Position numbers and translations under genes: made by a program. The notes below the pieces were generated by a model. It did no database searches. It worked only from the letters and a program-made list of their open reading frames with translations, and was not told the origin of the DNA. Positions 1 to 10,499 of a stretch of DNA of 64,000 nt are shown here, piece after piece (positions within the stretch are counted from its first letter, which is position 1; each line of letters starts with the position of its first letter). The DNA comes from Hyaloraphidium curvatum SAG 235-1 (taxonomy: Eukaryota; Fungi; Monoblepharomycota). The stretch covers positions 248,001-312,000 of the forward strand of contig JAIVFI010000039.1 of NCBI GenBank assembly GCA_025558095.1. The letters run 5' to 3'.

Positions 1-490
1 TTCCTGAAGCAGATATGGCGATTTGCGATGTATTGGAAGGAAAGAGGCCCACGGCGCGCCAAACCTTGGACACTTCCAGACAAAACTTCACGCACCAATC
101 GTGCGTTCCTCGGCAAATAACCCATGGAATAGAAGGATTTGGTACATATCTTTGCTTTGGGCGCGTTTCATTCCTTAGTCTCCGGTGGATTCTGCTGGGC
201 ACATAAGCTAATCCAGGGCACCATCGCGGAGTTGCTGCGCCTTCCAGAGGCCTCAGAATACCACGATACGATATTAGACCTTTTGAGTTTTGCGTGGCTA
301 AATTGTGGAGCTCAAGCAGTTGTTTTGAAGGGGTGTGGTGAGCCTTCTCCAGAATTCTTTAGCTTCCTGTCGGGGACTGTATTCCAAGGCTTGTCTCTGG
401 GCTGTTCCCTGCCAATTGTGTGCAGGGAAGCGAGTTGCGTGTTGGCGGGCACAGGTTTTGGCTGACCATGTGTTGCGGTCACGGACTATA

Positions 491-1869
491 GTATTGGTGA
501 CCCGGACCTGCCCCTGGCTTGGCCGCTGTTACACCATCAGTTTGCTGCTAATTTGAAGTTTGTCGTCTTGCATCTTTTTCATTTTCCCCGTTTTCTGTCC
601 TTCATGGACTTTGAGATGAAGCTGGCAATGGAGTTGAGGGCCTTCTCCTTTTGCCGCCTCAGTTTGATGGTGGGCTCGAACTCCTTGATGCTGTGTGAGA
701 GTCCAGAGCCAGGTCTCCATGTTCCACTCGCGGCCCAGTGCTTCCAGTCTGGTCTGCAGCTTCTGGCGCCGCTCTGCATTTGCTGAACAGTGGAACAGAA
801 AATGCTGTTCATCTCCAATGTGCTCAGGGTCATGTTTGCACATCCTCTGCTGCACCTCAAGTCCTTGGTGCCTGCCTGTTTCCACCTCCAGGTCGTGGGT
901 AGAGCAGAGCAGCTTCTGGACGTCCCTCTGGTGCTTCTCCACCCGGATCAGCGACGATGCAATGTGACCAAAGGTCATGTCACACGTCCTCCAGAAGTGC
1001 AGCTTGTCGTTAGTTGTCCTTGAGCTTTTGGGCATTGATCTCCCTGAACTTGCCCTTCACAAGATTCTCCACAGTCTCCTTGGCCCATGAAAAAGTGTCC
1101 TTCTCCCACATCTCCTTCCCCTCCTCTCCACCATAGTACACAAGTAGTTCCCTTAGGAAGGCAGCCCAGTTCCAGCACCCCTTCAGTGCCTCGATCTTGA
1201 GCTCCTTGTAGAGCAGGTACAATGCAGGGTCAGCTGTTTTGATACACATGAGGAACTTGAGAGCCGACTCATGGTCATGAACTGCAAGAGGGTACTGGCC
1301 AGTGATCGCATATAGACAAGCCAGGGAGGTAGACTTGGGCTGATGAGTGACAGCACGAAGGGCCATGCATGTCACTTTGTCCCTGGTGCTTTCCCCGGCA
1401 AGGTACTCCTCCTTCGGCATCTCCACAATGAACGGGTTCCCATATTGGCCCACTGCCTTGACCTTTGTGTTGTAGAGCTTGAGCTGGAGGTCAGGACTCA
1501 TCCCAGGCTGCTGCCTGATGTCGCGGAGCCAGAGCCCAAAAGCAGCGTTCATCTTGGCCTCCCTGCCATGCACATGGTCCTTGCTCCGCCCAGTTGACGT
1601 GAGCTGGTACCCCAGAAGCTTGAAGCTGTCGACCCTCTTCAGCTCCTGGCCCCTGTACAAGAGCTTTGCACGGTGGGGTATCCTCCTGGCCATCCACTCT
1701 GTCTTGCTGACGTTGATCTCCAGCCCATTGGCACTGGCATATGCAGACAAAAGATCCAGCTGCATCTTGGCATCCTTCACCGTCTTCGAGATCAAAGTGG
1801 TGTCGTCTGCAAAGAACAAAGCCAGCAAGCTGACCATCCTTTCCTGATCCTCCTCTTCCTCAAACACCA
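491..1869 (-). mobile_element. 5'-truncated, frameshifted copy of the non-LTR retroelement (inverted relative to 4298-5673)
   Basis: Reverse complement matches 4298-5673. ORFs 1010-1978 and 529-1035 reproduce RT FADD and the C-terminal region. Two frameshifts in the 3' part. Shared 3' terminus ...GGGTCACCAATACTAT. Confidence 0.95.
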
Positions 1870-2069
1870 CGTAGAGCTCAAGGGAAGCAAGCTTCCCCCG
1901 CTGGTCCCTTTTGACAACTCCATGGGCGCAATGCGTTGCATCAATGGAGAAGTTGATTGATTCTATACATGGCACCACAATTTACCCCGATGCACAAATA
2001 TCGTACCGATCACATGCCCTCCATCCTTGCCAAAAACACCGATTGTGCCACCTGGGTCTATATGGTATG

Positions 2070-2600
2070 GGTATGGTATTGGTGACCCGGACCTGCCCCT
2101 GGCTTGGCCGCTATTACACCACCATTGGTTTGTTTAGCTATGTCGACCTATCTGCCTCCTCCTTCCCTTGAATCCACAGTGTGCTCCAGTCCCGGTGTTG
2201 TTTGCTGGCAGGAAAACCTTCCCACGAAGGTGAAAAACCTTCCAGAAAGAATGAGCAGTTTGGTTTCGGTTTGGGTTTTGGGACCTTCCCATCCAGCAGG
2301 CACAATGTCAGGCATGCAGCTTCATCTAGGTCCTGAAAGGTTCAGTGTTGGTTCTGGTCAAAAGGTGCTGGATTCGCCGTGTAGGCGAGCAAAGAGCCGT
2401 AGGGCTCCTGCCTCCATTCCCCGTGCGCTTTGGAGTCGCCGTGCAGGCAAGCAAAGAAGCCGTAGGGCTCCTGCCTCCATCCCTGTGTTGGCCGCTTACG
2501 TGTCCAGAGACCGGAATCTGCACAAATCCCCGGATATGTTGTTGTTTGCACCGCGGCCCCTCCTTGAAGAGGCGCACCGGCGGGCAGTCAGCAGCATTTA
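2070..2600 (-). mobile_element. Possible non-autonomous (SINE-like) element sharing the LINE 3' terminal motif; 5' boundary uncertain
   Basis: 2076-2121 matches the LINE 3' motif and is followed by an (ATACC)-like tail. The body is unrelated to the RT and contains a duplicated ~33-bp unit at about 2391-2424 and 2454-2487. Confidence 0.45.
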
Positions 2601-3093
2601 GAGCCAATGCGCCGCGCAGCTGCCTGCTCCATTCGCGCCCTTTCGCACCAGAAAGCGCACGCGGTTGGTCGCTTGTTGTTTGGCGGGGCGCGTCCACGCG
2701 AGCGACGCGTCCCATGTTTGACGTGCGCTGCCGTTAAGTGTCGTGTTTCCGCGCCCAGAGCCAGAGAGCCACGCGGTCCTACGGCACGTTTTTCAAGTGG
2801 CACACGTGAGGCACACGCTGTCGTAGGCCCGCGGTCGCGTCTTCAGCACGCGACGTGTTGTTTGCCCACTAACAGACGCGGGGCCCCCCGGAGAAGAGCC
2901 TAGCCGCCCTGCAGGGCCAGCGCAAGCCTCTTGAGGCCAATGGGCTCCTCAAGCGCTTTTGCGGCGTCGCCTGCCACGCTTGGGGCACCGGTTTTGCAGC
3001 CGGTCCCGTTTGCGCGTCCCCGGGTGCCCAACCCGCACACCGTGCCGGCGCCGCGCTAGAGGGCAGGAGCCCTAAAGCACGACGACCCAGATC

Positions 3094-5616
3094 ATGGCAG
3101 CGGTGAACAAGGTCGCGAAGAAGAAGTACGACAAGGTCAGCGTACACGAAGAGGCGGACAAGTTCCTCAACGGCTTTGCGGACTCGGCAGAGAGGGCCGA
3201 GATCGATCGGGAGCTGTCACGCCTTCTTGAGCTACGATCCCTCATGGAGAAGGACGAGTGGAAGAAGGAGTACCAGGGGAAGACGCGGGAGCTGGAGAAG
3301 GAGCGGAAGAAGTTGGAGAAGAGGATGCGGAGGGTTGCTGAGCGAGAGAACTCCAAGCTGCTAGAGCGACTCTTCAGGCGAGAGCCTAAGGGGTACTACC
3401 AGCTGCTTGGAAAGGCTCACGCAAGGCGCAAGGGCAACCCCGTGCCCTTTGCAGAGCTGGTGCGCCACATGGAGATGGTCGCCAGCGCCGAGTACGTGAC
3501 CAAGATCGAGGAGGATCCAAGGCTCACGTTTCCACCACTTCCCAAGGCCACGATCACGCCTTCTGGAGACCTGCTGCGCCCCATCACCCTCAAGGAGCTG
3601 GAGAGGGTCTTGAAGAAGGCCCCCAACGGCAAGGCAAAGGACGAGGATGGGATCCGGCTCGAGTTCGTCAAGTACGGGACTGCAGTACTGAAGCAAGCTG
3701 TTGTCAACCTCCTCAACGACGTGCTCAATGGCGTCAAGATGGATGACTGGGGCCAGACACTGCTGGTGATGCTGCACAAGAAGGGGCCCAAGAACGTGGC
3801 TGGCAACTACCGAGGCATCAGCATAGAGAGGACGCTGGAGAAGGTCTTCTCCCTGGTCTGGAACGCTCGGCTAGCTCCCTGGGCTGAGTGCAACAAGCTG
3901 CTGGAAGGCTCGCAGTTTGGATTCCGTGCACGGAGATCGACCCTTCATGCAGTGTTCCTTGCCGAGGCACTCTTCTCCTTGGCCAAGGCACGCAAGGAGA
4001 AGCTGATCATGGTGTTTGTAGACTTCACAAAGGCTTTTGACATGGTGGAGCGCCCCAGGTTATGGCAGAAGCTGGAGGAGATGGGAGTACCCAAACAGGC
4101 TGTTGACATGTTCGAGATGGCGTTCGGGCGCGTGTGGGGACGGCTCCGGGATGAAGACGGGACCAAGTCAGACTTCATCAAGTTCCTGACCGGAGTGAAG
4201 CAGGGGGACCCTCTCTCGTCGCTGTTCTTCATCTTGTTCATCAACGACATCACTGCTTTCATGGAGGCCAATGGTGCAAAAGGGATGGATCTGGGCATGG
4301 TGTCTGAGGAAGAGGAGGATCAGGAAAGGATGGTCAGCTTGCTGGCTTTGTTCTTTGCAGACGACACCACTTTGATCTCGAAGACGGTGAAGGATGCCAA
4401 GATGCAGCTGGATCTTTTGTCTGCATATGCCAGTGCCAATGGGCTGGAGATCAACGTCAGCAAGACAGAGTGGATGGCCAGGAGGATACCCCACCGTGCA
4501 AAGCTCTTGTACAGGGGCCAGGAGCTGAAGAGGGTCGACAGCTTCAAGCTTCTGGGGTACCAGCTCACGTCAACTGGGCGGAGCAAGGACCATGTGCATG
4601 GCAGGGAGGCCAAGATGAACGCTGCTTTTGGGCTCTGGCTCCGCGACATCAGGCAGCAGCCTGGGATGAGTCCTGACCTCCAGCTCAAGCTCTACAACAC
4701 AAAGGTCAAGGCAGTGGGCCAATATGGGAACCCGTTCATTGTGGAGATGCCGAAGGAGGAGTACCTTGCCGGGGAAAGCACCAGGGACAAAGTGACATGC
4801 ATGGCCCTTCGTGCTGTCACTCATCAGCCCAAGTCTACCTCCCTGGCTTGTCTATATGCGATCACTGGCCAGTACCCTCTTGCAGTTCATGACCATGAGT
4901 CGGCTCTCAAGTTCCTCATGTGTATCAAAACAGCTGACCCTGCATTGTACCTGCTCTACAAGGAGCTCAAGATCGAGGCGCTGAAGGGGTGCTGGAACTG
5001 GGCTGCCTTCCTAAGGGAACTACTTGTGTACTATGGTGGAGAGGAGGGGAAGGAGATGTGGGAGAAGGACACTTTTTCATGGGCCAAGGAGACTGTGGAG
5101 AATCTTGTGAAGGGCAAGTTCAGGGAGATCAATGCCCAGAGGCTCAAGGACAACGACAAACTGCACTTTTGGAGGATGTGTGACATGACCTTTGGCCACA
5201 TCGGACCATCCCTGATCCCGGTGGAGAAGCACCGGAGGGATGTCCAAAAGTTGCTGTGCTCTACCCACGACCTGGAGGTGGAGACAGGCAGGCAACAAGG
5301 ACTTGAGGTGCAGCAGAGAACGTGCAAGCATGACCCTGAGCACATTGGAGACGAACAACACTTTCTGTTTCACTGTTCAGCCAATGCGGAGCGGTGCCAT
5401 AAGCTGCAGACCAGACTGGAAGCACTAGGCCGCGAGTGGAACATGGAGACCTGGCTCTGGGCCCTTAGCATCAAGGAGTTCGAGCCCACGATCAAAGCGA
5501 GGCGGCAGAAGGAGAAGGCCCTCAACTCCATTGCCAGCTTCATCTCAAAGTCCATGAAGGACAGGAAAACTGGGAAAATGAAAAAGACACACGACGACGA
5601 TGAACTTTGCAATTAG
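3094..5616 (+). CDS. Non-LTR retrotransposon reverse transcriptase (RTEX/RTE-like) with no apurinic endonuclease domain
   Basis: 840-aa ORF with NYRGISI, QFGFR, FVDFTKAFDMV, GVKQGDPLS and LFFADD. C-terminal HDLEVETGR...RTC...DEQHFLFHC. In-frame TAA at 3073 upstream of the ATG. Confidence 0.95.
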   Translation: MAAVNKVAKKKYDKVSVHEEADKFLNGFADSAERAEIDRELSRLLELRSLMEKDEWKKEYQGKTRELEKERKKLEKRMRRVAERENSKLLERLFRREPKGYYQLLGKAHARRKGNPVPFAELVRHMEMVASAEYVTKIEEDPRLTFPPLPKATITPSGDLLRPITLKELERVLKKAPNGKAKDEDGIRLEFVKYGTAVLKQAVVNLLNDVLNGVKMDDWGQTLLVMLHKKGPKNVAGNYRGISIERTLEKVFSLVWNARLAPWAECNKLLEGSQFGFRARRSTLHAVFLAEALFSLAKARKEKLIMVFVDFTKAFDMVERPRLWQKLEEMGVPKQAVDMFEMAFGRVWGRLRDEDGTKSDFIKFLTGVKQGDPLSSLFFILFINDITAFMEANGAKGMDLGMVSEEEEDQERMVSLLALFFADDTTLISKTVKDAKMQLDLLSAYASANGLEINVSKTEWMARRIPHRAKLLYRGQELKRVDSFKLLGYQLTSTGRSKDHVHGREAKMNAAFGLWLRDIRQQPGMSPDLQLKLYNTKVKAVGQYGNPFIVEMPKEEYLAGESTRDKVTCMALRAVTHQPKSTSLACLYAITGQYPLAVHDHESALKFLMCIKTADPALYLLYKELKIEALKGCWNWAAFLRELLVYYGGEEGKEMWEKDTFSWAKETVENLVKGKFREINAQRLKDNDKLHFWRMCDMTFGHIGPSLIPVEKHRRDVQKLLCSTHDLEVETGRQQGLEVQQRTCKHDPEHIGDEQHFLFHCSANAERCHKLQTRLEALGREWNMETWLWALSIKEFEPTIKARRQKEKALNSIASFISKSMKDRKTGKMKKTHDDDELCN

Positions 5617-5680
5617 CAGCAAACTCATGGTGTAACAGCGGCCAAGCCAGGGGCAGGTCCGGGCCACCAATACTATTCTA
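5617..5680 (+). repeat. Conserved LINE 3' terminal motif and tail (copies at 491, 2076, 5628 and 10025)
   Basis: GGTGTAACAGCGGCCAAGCCAGGGGCAGGTCCGGG(T/C)CACCAATAC occurs four times in the first 10 kb, with single-base variants. Confidence 0.9.
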
Positions 5681-7680
5681 TGGCCTCCACTCCAGAATCA
5701 TGGCTGGTAGGTCCAGGCTGCAAGTTGGCCGGCAGAACTCCAACAGTCTCCAGGAGGTCTTGGCCATCTTTACCATGTTCTGCAGCAAACCCGTGCAGAT
5801 TATCCTCCCCAGTGACACTTGACATGCTTTTTGCCACATCATCCAGTACCTGGGGATCTTCAATCACGTTGATAGGGATCTGGGTTGGAACACCGTCTGC
5901 ACAATCATCCAGATCGCACAGATCATCATGCAGAACGATGTCTCCATACAATGGATTGTGTGCAATGAGGTACTTGAGGGCCAACAAGACTTTGGTTTTC
6001 CGAACACGGAAGAACTTCACGAATCCCGGTGCCTGGAAATCCCAGATCCTCCCAACAGCACTATGGATATTTGGTCTGCAAGATCGGCTAGTGCATGGGG
6101 GAGCACAGTTGCGACGCCAATCGGATCTCCAGGCAGTACAGCAAAGTTCCCTGTCATTGCATGATGGCCACTGGGCCTCTTTTTGTCCGGTTCAAGGAGC
6201 TGCACGATGGTAGTGCGGATCCGGACCGGACTAATCAGCACTTGCTCAATGTAAGTAAGGTCTTGTAGTTCCTCTGGCACGGGGCCCCGAAGGAGGCCAT
6301 TTGAAAGGGAAACAACCGGTGTCGACCCGACCCGGCCTCAAGTGAGGCAGTGCAGTCTCTGCACGTGCGTATGTACTGGCGTCTGTTCTTGGTGACAAGT
6401 CCCAAGGGCTCAATCACGATCCCATTGATGATGCCGCTGGATTCCAACCGTTCCGGGTGATCCTGGAACTCTGGCAGAAGAAGGATTTCGGGATTCACCT
6501 CCAGCAATCCCTTCTTCCTCAGAGCAGTCAGAGTCCATTCAACAACACAGTCGCACTCGAACACCCAGCATCCACAGCTCTCGCAAACAGCCTGCCTCAC
6601 TTTATATTTGCTGTCGGCTGTCTTTTCACGGAACCGACGTATGGTGTTCTGGATTACTTTGTCATCCACAGGGCTGTCAAACATGGTTGGCCGGCCTTCC
6701 CGGACGTAGTGCTGCAGGTGCTGTGCATACAGATCCCTGACTTCTGCTTCCATGGCAGCCGTCCTACGCTCCTGTGCAGCTGTAGGGGCATCCCATTTGG
6801 GGTTCACAAGGGGGTACTCGTCACCCGGCTTGGTCTAGAAGTGGTGGCTGTATGCGATTCCATGCAAATAGGATGGTTGGTAACCATGCAGCACGATGGC
6901 AGTGGGTACTTGCATTGCTTTGTGAGGCTTCCAAGACATGGCTCATTCAGATGGGTGCACAGTTCCTCGTTGGGGTCGGATCCATCAGAGAATAGGCTTT
7001 GAGAAGACCGTGTCCCTTGCTGGTGCACACGCTTGTAAACCCGACGCCGCTCTGGAGAGGTCAACAGTGCAGATGAGGCATTCAGCGCTTCAGATACTGC
7101 TTGTTTAGCAGCGGCTGCTGCAAGGGAATCATCATCTGGGGATCTGGCTGGGGATTCCAAGGCCCGTTGCACATTTTGGTACTCGTTCTTGTATATGCGG
7201 TTGGCCTCGGCTTCAGAAAGGGCAGGTCCATGAGCATCCCGTGCCATCTCCATTGCAGCTCGAGCAGCCCTGGCAGGAAGACTGAGTTCTTTTTGTTTGT
7301 CTGGCTTTCGGATGGAATATGGATTCGCTGACGTCCTCTGTGGCCGATTGCCCTCCTTCGGGATAGGTGGAGGTCTTGGTAGTCCACCTCGCAGTTGGCT
7401 GGTAACTTCCAGCAAGGACTCTCGCCCAATGCCTAGACGTGAAACGGTAAAGTGATCTTGCAGGTAGTTGCTCTGGAAAAATGAGTGACAGGTAGTGGCA
7501 TGGGATGCTCAGCAAGGATGCAAGGTGAAGCTAAGGCAACACATCAATATGCGAGCAACCGCCCTGGCAATAAGCGCGTACCTTCAGATCTGCAACCGTC
7601 TGATGACGGGTGACGTTCACAACCCGAGTTCTTCCTTCCCACGTCTTCACAAAAATAGGAAAGACTGATGCATTTTGCAT
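5681..7680 (-). pseudogene. Decayed Helitron-type Rep protein N-terminal part (ubiquitin-like domain, Cys motifs, DUF6570-like domain), cut by the LINE
   Basis: Successive minus frames give CESCGC...CRDC, PEELQDLTYIEQVLISP and FRVRKTKVLLALKYLIAHNPLYGDI, the pattern that precedes Helitron Rep/helicase domains. Several frameshifts. Ubiquitin-like domain at 7383-7680. Confidence 0.75.
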
Positions 7681-9818
7681 GAAGCCTCGCTTGGTCTGCC
7701 CGAACGTGCCAACGAGACAGAACACTGCAACCCATATCCAGGCAAACGATAAAAGGCACCACTGAAGGGAGGGATCCAGCAAAGATATCCCAAAGTTGAG
7801 GACCACCCGCCCAAATGAAGCCAAGTGCGACACAAGTTTCGGTCGGCAGAATTTGCAACCGGCGCAATATAGGGTCTGAAGTGGACAACACAGACTTTGA
7901 AATGCGTCAGCATTATCCACAGACAGCCCAGACAGGTGTTAATACGTACTGGAATGGACAGACGAAGACTTGTCAGTCAGGCAACAACACCTAAACTGGG
8001 TTTTGATCTGGTGGCATGCAACCCGTTCGTCCTCGAGGAGCTACTCGGATTAGCCGCAAGCGCGTGCAAATGTGTGGGGCTACTCACTTTTAGACGGTTC
8101 AGCCACTTTGTCTTATGGTACGATCTCCAGTATTCGGTCTCAGGTTCCTGGGCACGATGGAAGAATCCGCTGTACATGGCCTGCAACGGAACAGACCAAT
8201 CAAAATTGTAGACACAGCCAAAAACCAAGTGAACCCACCCGCACGGCATGACGCGCTTCGGGACTGCAGTCCGGGTCGCGAATCATCCGAGCCTCCACTT
8301 GCCAATAATTCTCTTCCCCCGCCCAATATACGGCATTCGCCGCCGCATTACCAACACTGCGCCAGTTCACGCGCGGTGGCGGGGGCGGGGGATCCGTGGG
8401 AGGCTGCGATATGTAGGGATTGTCCATGTAGGCCTGTCTTCTATAGAGACGGCGTCAGCTCCCGAACTTCTTGGTCAGCAAGCCCGCACCCACGATCACG
8501 ACGAACAACCACACGCGATTCGTCGCTCGTGCGGGTCTGAACCCCTCGAAACCGGGCGCGCGATCCCCTGTTGAACCCGGCCGGTCCCCTGGATCGAACG
8601 GGTGCGACACCCGAGATTATTGGCACGCTGCCTCAGGAATAGGGCGCGGACTTACGACGGTAATCGCTGTAAATGTTGCGGCCAAGGTCGGACACGTGCC
8701 GCAACGACAGCGCGTCGACTTACAGTGGCGGCGCCGGCACCCTGCGGCCCAACGCGGTCACCGCCGCCCTCTTCGCGAATCGAGTGCCGCACTTACTACG
8801 ACGCCTTCAATTCAGGCTTCCGGCCGTTCGGCGACTGACAAGCGAGACGGGGCAACGAAGGTGAGGAAATTGACAAGGGTTTATTATGTCGACTCCGGTC
8901 TCCACGGGGGCCCCGCCGGACACTTTACTACCAATCATCTCCCAGATCCCGCGCCACAGGAAGGTCTTCCCGATTTACATGAGCCTGATCGCGCGAATAG
9001 AAGGTCCTACTCGGCTCCTCGGTGGTGCACGGGGGGAATTGCGATGTCTTCGGGACTCGAGTACCCGCCCGTCTCCCGTGCGTCTTCCCGCCCGTCAATC
9101 CCCCCGCAGTACGGTTCTCGCCTCTGCACGACGTTGTTCGACGACAATGAAGCTGTTCGTTCCTTGAAGAGGTGCCTAGGGAGGCGGCAAGAGCCGCTGC
9201 AGACGTCCCGCACTCAACGCTCCCCAACCGTCCACTACACAACACCACGCCATTGCAGAGCCCAAATCGACCCGCAAAAACCACGATGCCACATCAGAAA
9301 AGCGTTTCGGATGGGCTCCTGCTGCCCTGACACGGGATTCGCGGAACCGCGACGCTCGCTGCCCGATGCCCCATAGTCCTGCACCACCGTACGGGCCCGC
9401 GCCGCCAAAAACGCCCCTGGATGGCGTTGGCGGGTAATAATAATCGACATTCAACGGGGCGGCAGGCGCCATTCGGCAAAGCTCAACGAGAAACGACGGT
9501 TTTCCTCAAAGTGTCCTCATTCTGAGAGATTTTGGCCCCGGTATAATTTCCACTAACCTTTTGCCCATAACTTCGTTACACTCGATATGTTGTCAAAAGG
9601 GAGATCCAAGCCAGAATGATCCGTCGCAACCCTCTACGGTACTGGTTGGTGCCTGGAGGCGATCTCTCCTTCTCTGCTCTGCCGGTGCTCCCGTGCAGGC
9701 CATCTCTCTCTTTCTCTCTCGTGCTCCTCGCCGAGTTCTCGCACGGTCGGACCATCTGGTGCTCCCATGCATGGTCTCTTCTCATCTCTTCCTCCAATGA
9801 TTCTTCGTGCACATAACC

Positions 9819-9963
9819 CTGTTGTGACGGACGGCTCGTCCGGCCTCTAGCTGGACTGGACGTGAGGATGCCGTGGCCCTGGTGTGGGGAATTCTGTCCC
9901 GTTGTGATTGGAGTTGGGACTGCTTCCCTACGAATCCTGGCTAAAGCAGCCCCGTCACAACAG
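9819..9963. repeat. 145-bp segment with perfect 12-bp terminal inverted repeats (MITE-like or solo-LTR-like)
   Basis: CTGTTGTGACGG at 9819-9830 and CCGTCACAACAG at 9952-9963. No clear target-site duplication. Confidence 0.5.
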
Positions 9964-10024
9964 CACGAGCTTCGGAAAACGTGTAATTCGGTCGGAGCAG
10001 CGCACGGATCATCATCATAGAATA

Positions 10025-10246
10025 GTATTGGTGACCCGGACCTGCCCCTGGCTTGGCCGCTGTTACACTATCAGTTTGCTGCTAGTTTGAAGTTTGTCAT
10101 CGTGCATCTTTCTCATTTTCCACGTTTTCTGTCCTTCATGGACTTTGAGATGAAGCTGGCAATGGAGTTGAGGGCCTTCTCCTTTTGCCGCCTCACTTTG
10201 ATCGTGGGCTCAAACTCCCTGATGCTGAGAGCCAAGTGCCAGGTCT
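10025..10246 (-). mobile_element. Short 5'-truncated copy of the LINE 3' end
   Basis: Reverse complement aligns to about 5446-5673, including the terminal motif. Confidence 0.9.
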
Positions 10247-10499
10247 AGCTCAAGGCAGCAAAGGGTAATTGTAGTGAGAATCGGTGAGGTACAAGGGTTT
10301 GTGCGGATGGCCTCTCGGCTGCACGCTAGCCCTCCACTACCCTAAGTCACAGATAGGGCTAGTCCTCACACACTAACACACAGGGCAGGCAATATTGGCA
10401 GTGAACCCCACACCGGTGCCCCTTAGCAGTGTCCAGAGTCCAAGCCTCGCCGTGATGCCCGTGACCAGAGCCGCTCTTGTGGTGCCTGCACCAACCGTA

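Noticed and set aside
5625-5670. LINE 3' motif as a tRNA or hammerhead ribozyme (ends CACCA; CTGATG in one copy)
   Set aside because: Too short for a cloverleaf, no TTCG T-loop, and no CTGATGA/GAAA core.
8000-9480. ORFs upstream of the Helitron fragment (for example 8471-9376)
   Set aside because: No recognisable domain or consistent codon bias, and Helitron termini could not be identified.
9567-9578. ATAACTTCGT resembling a loxP arm
   Set aside because: Only 10 bp match, and there is no second inverted arm at the correct spacing.
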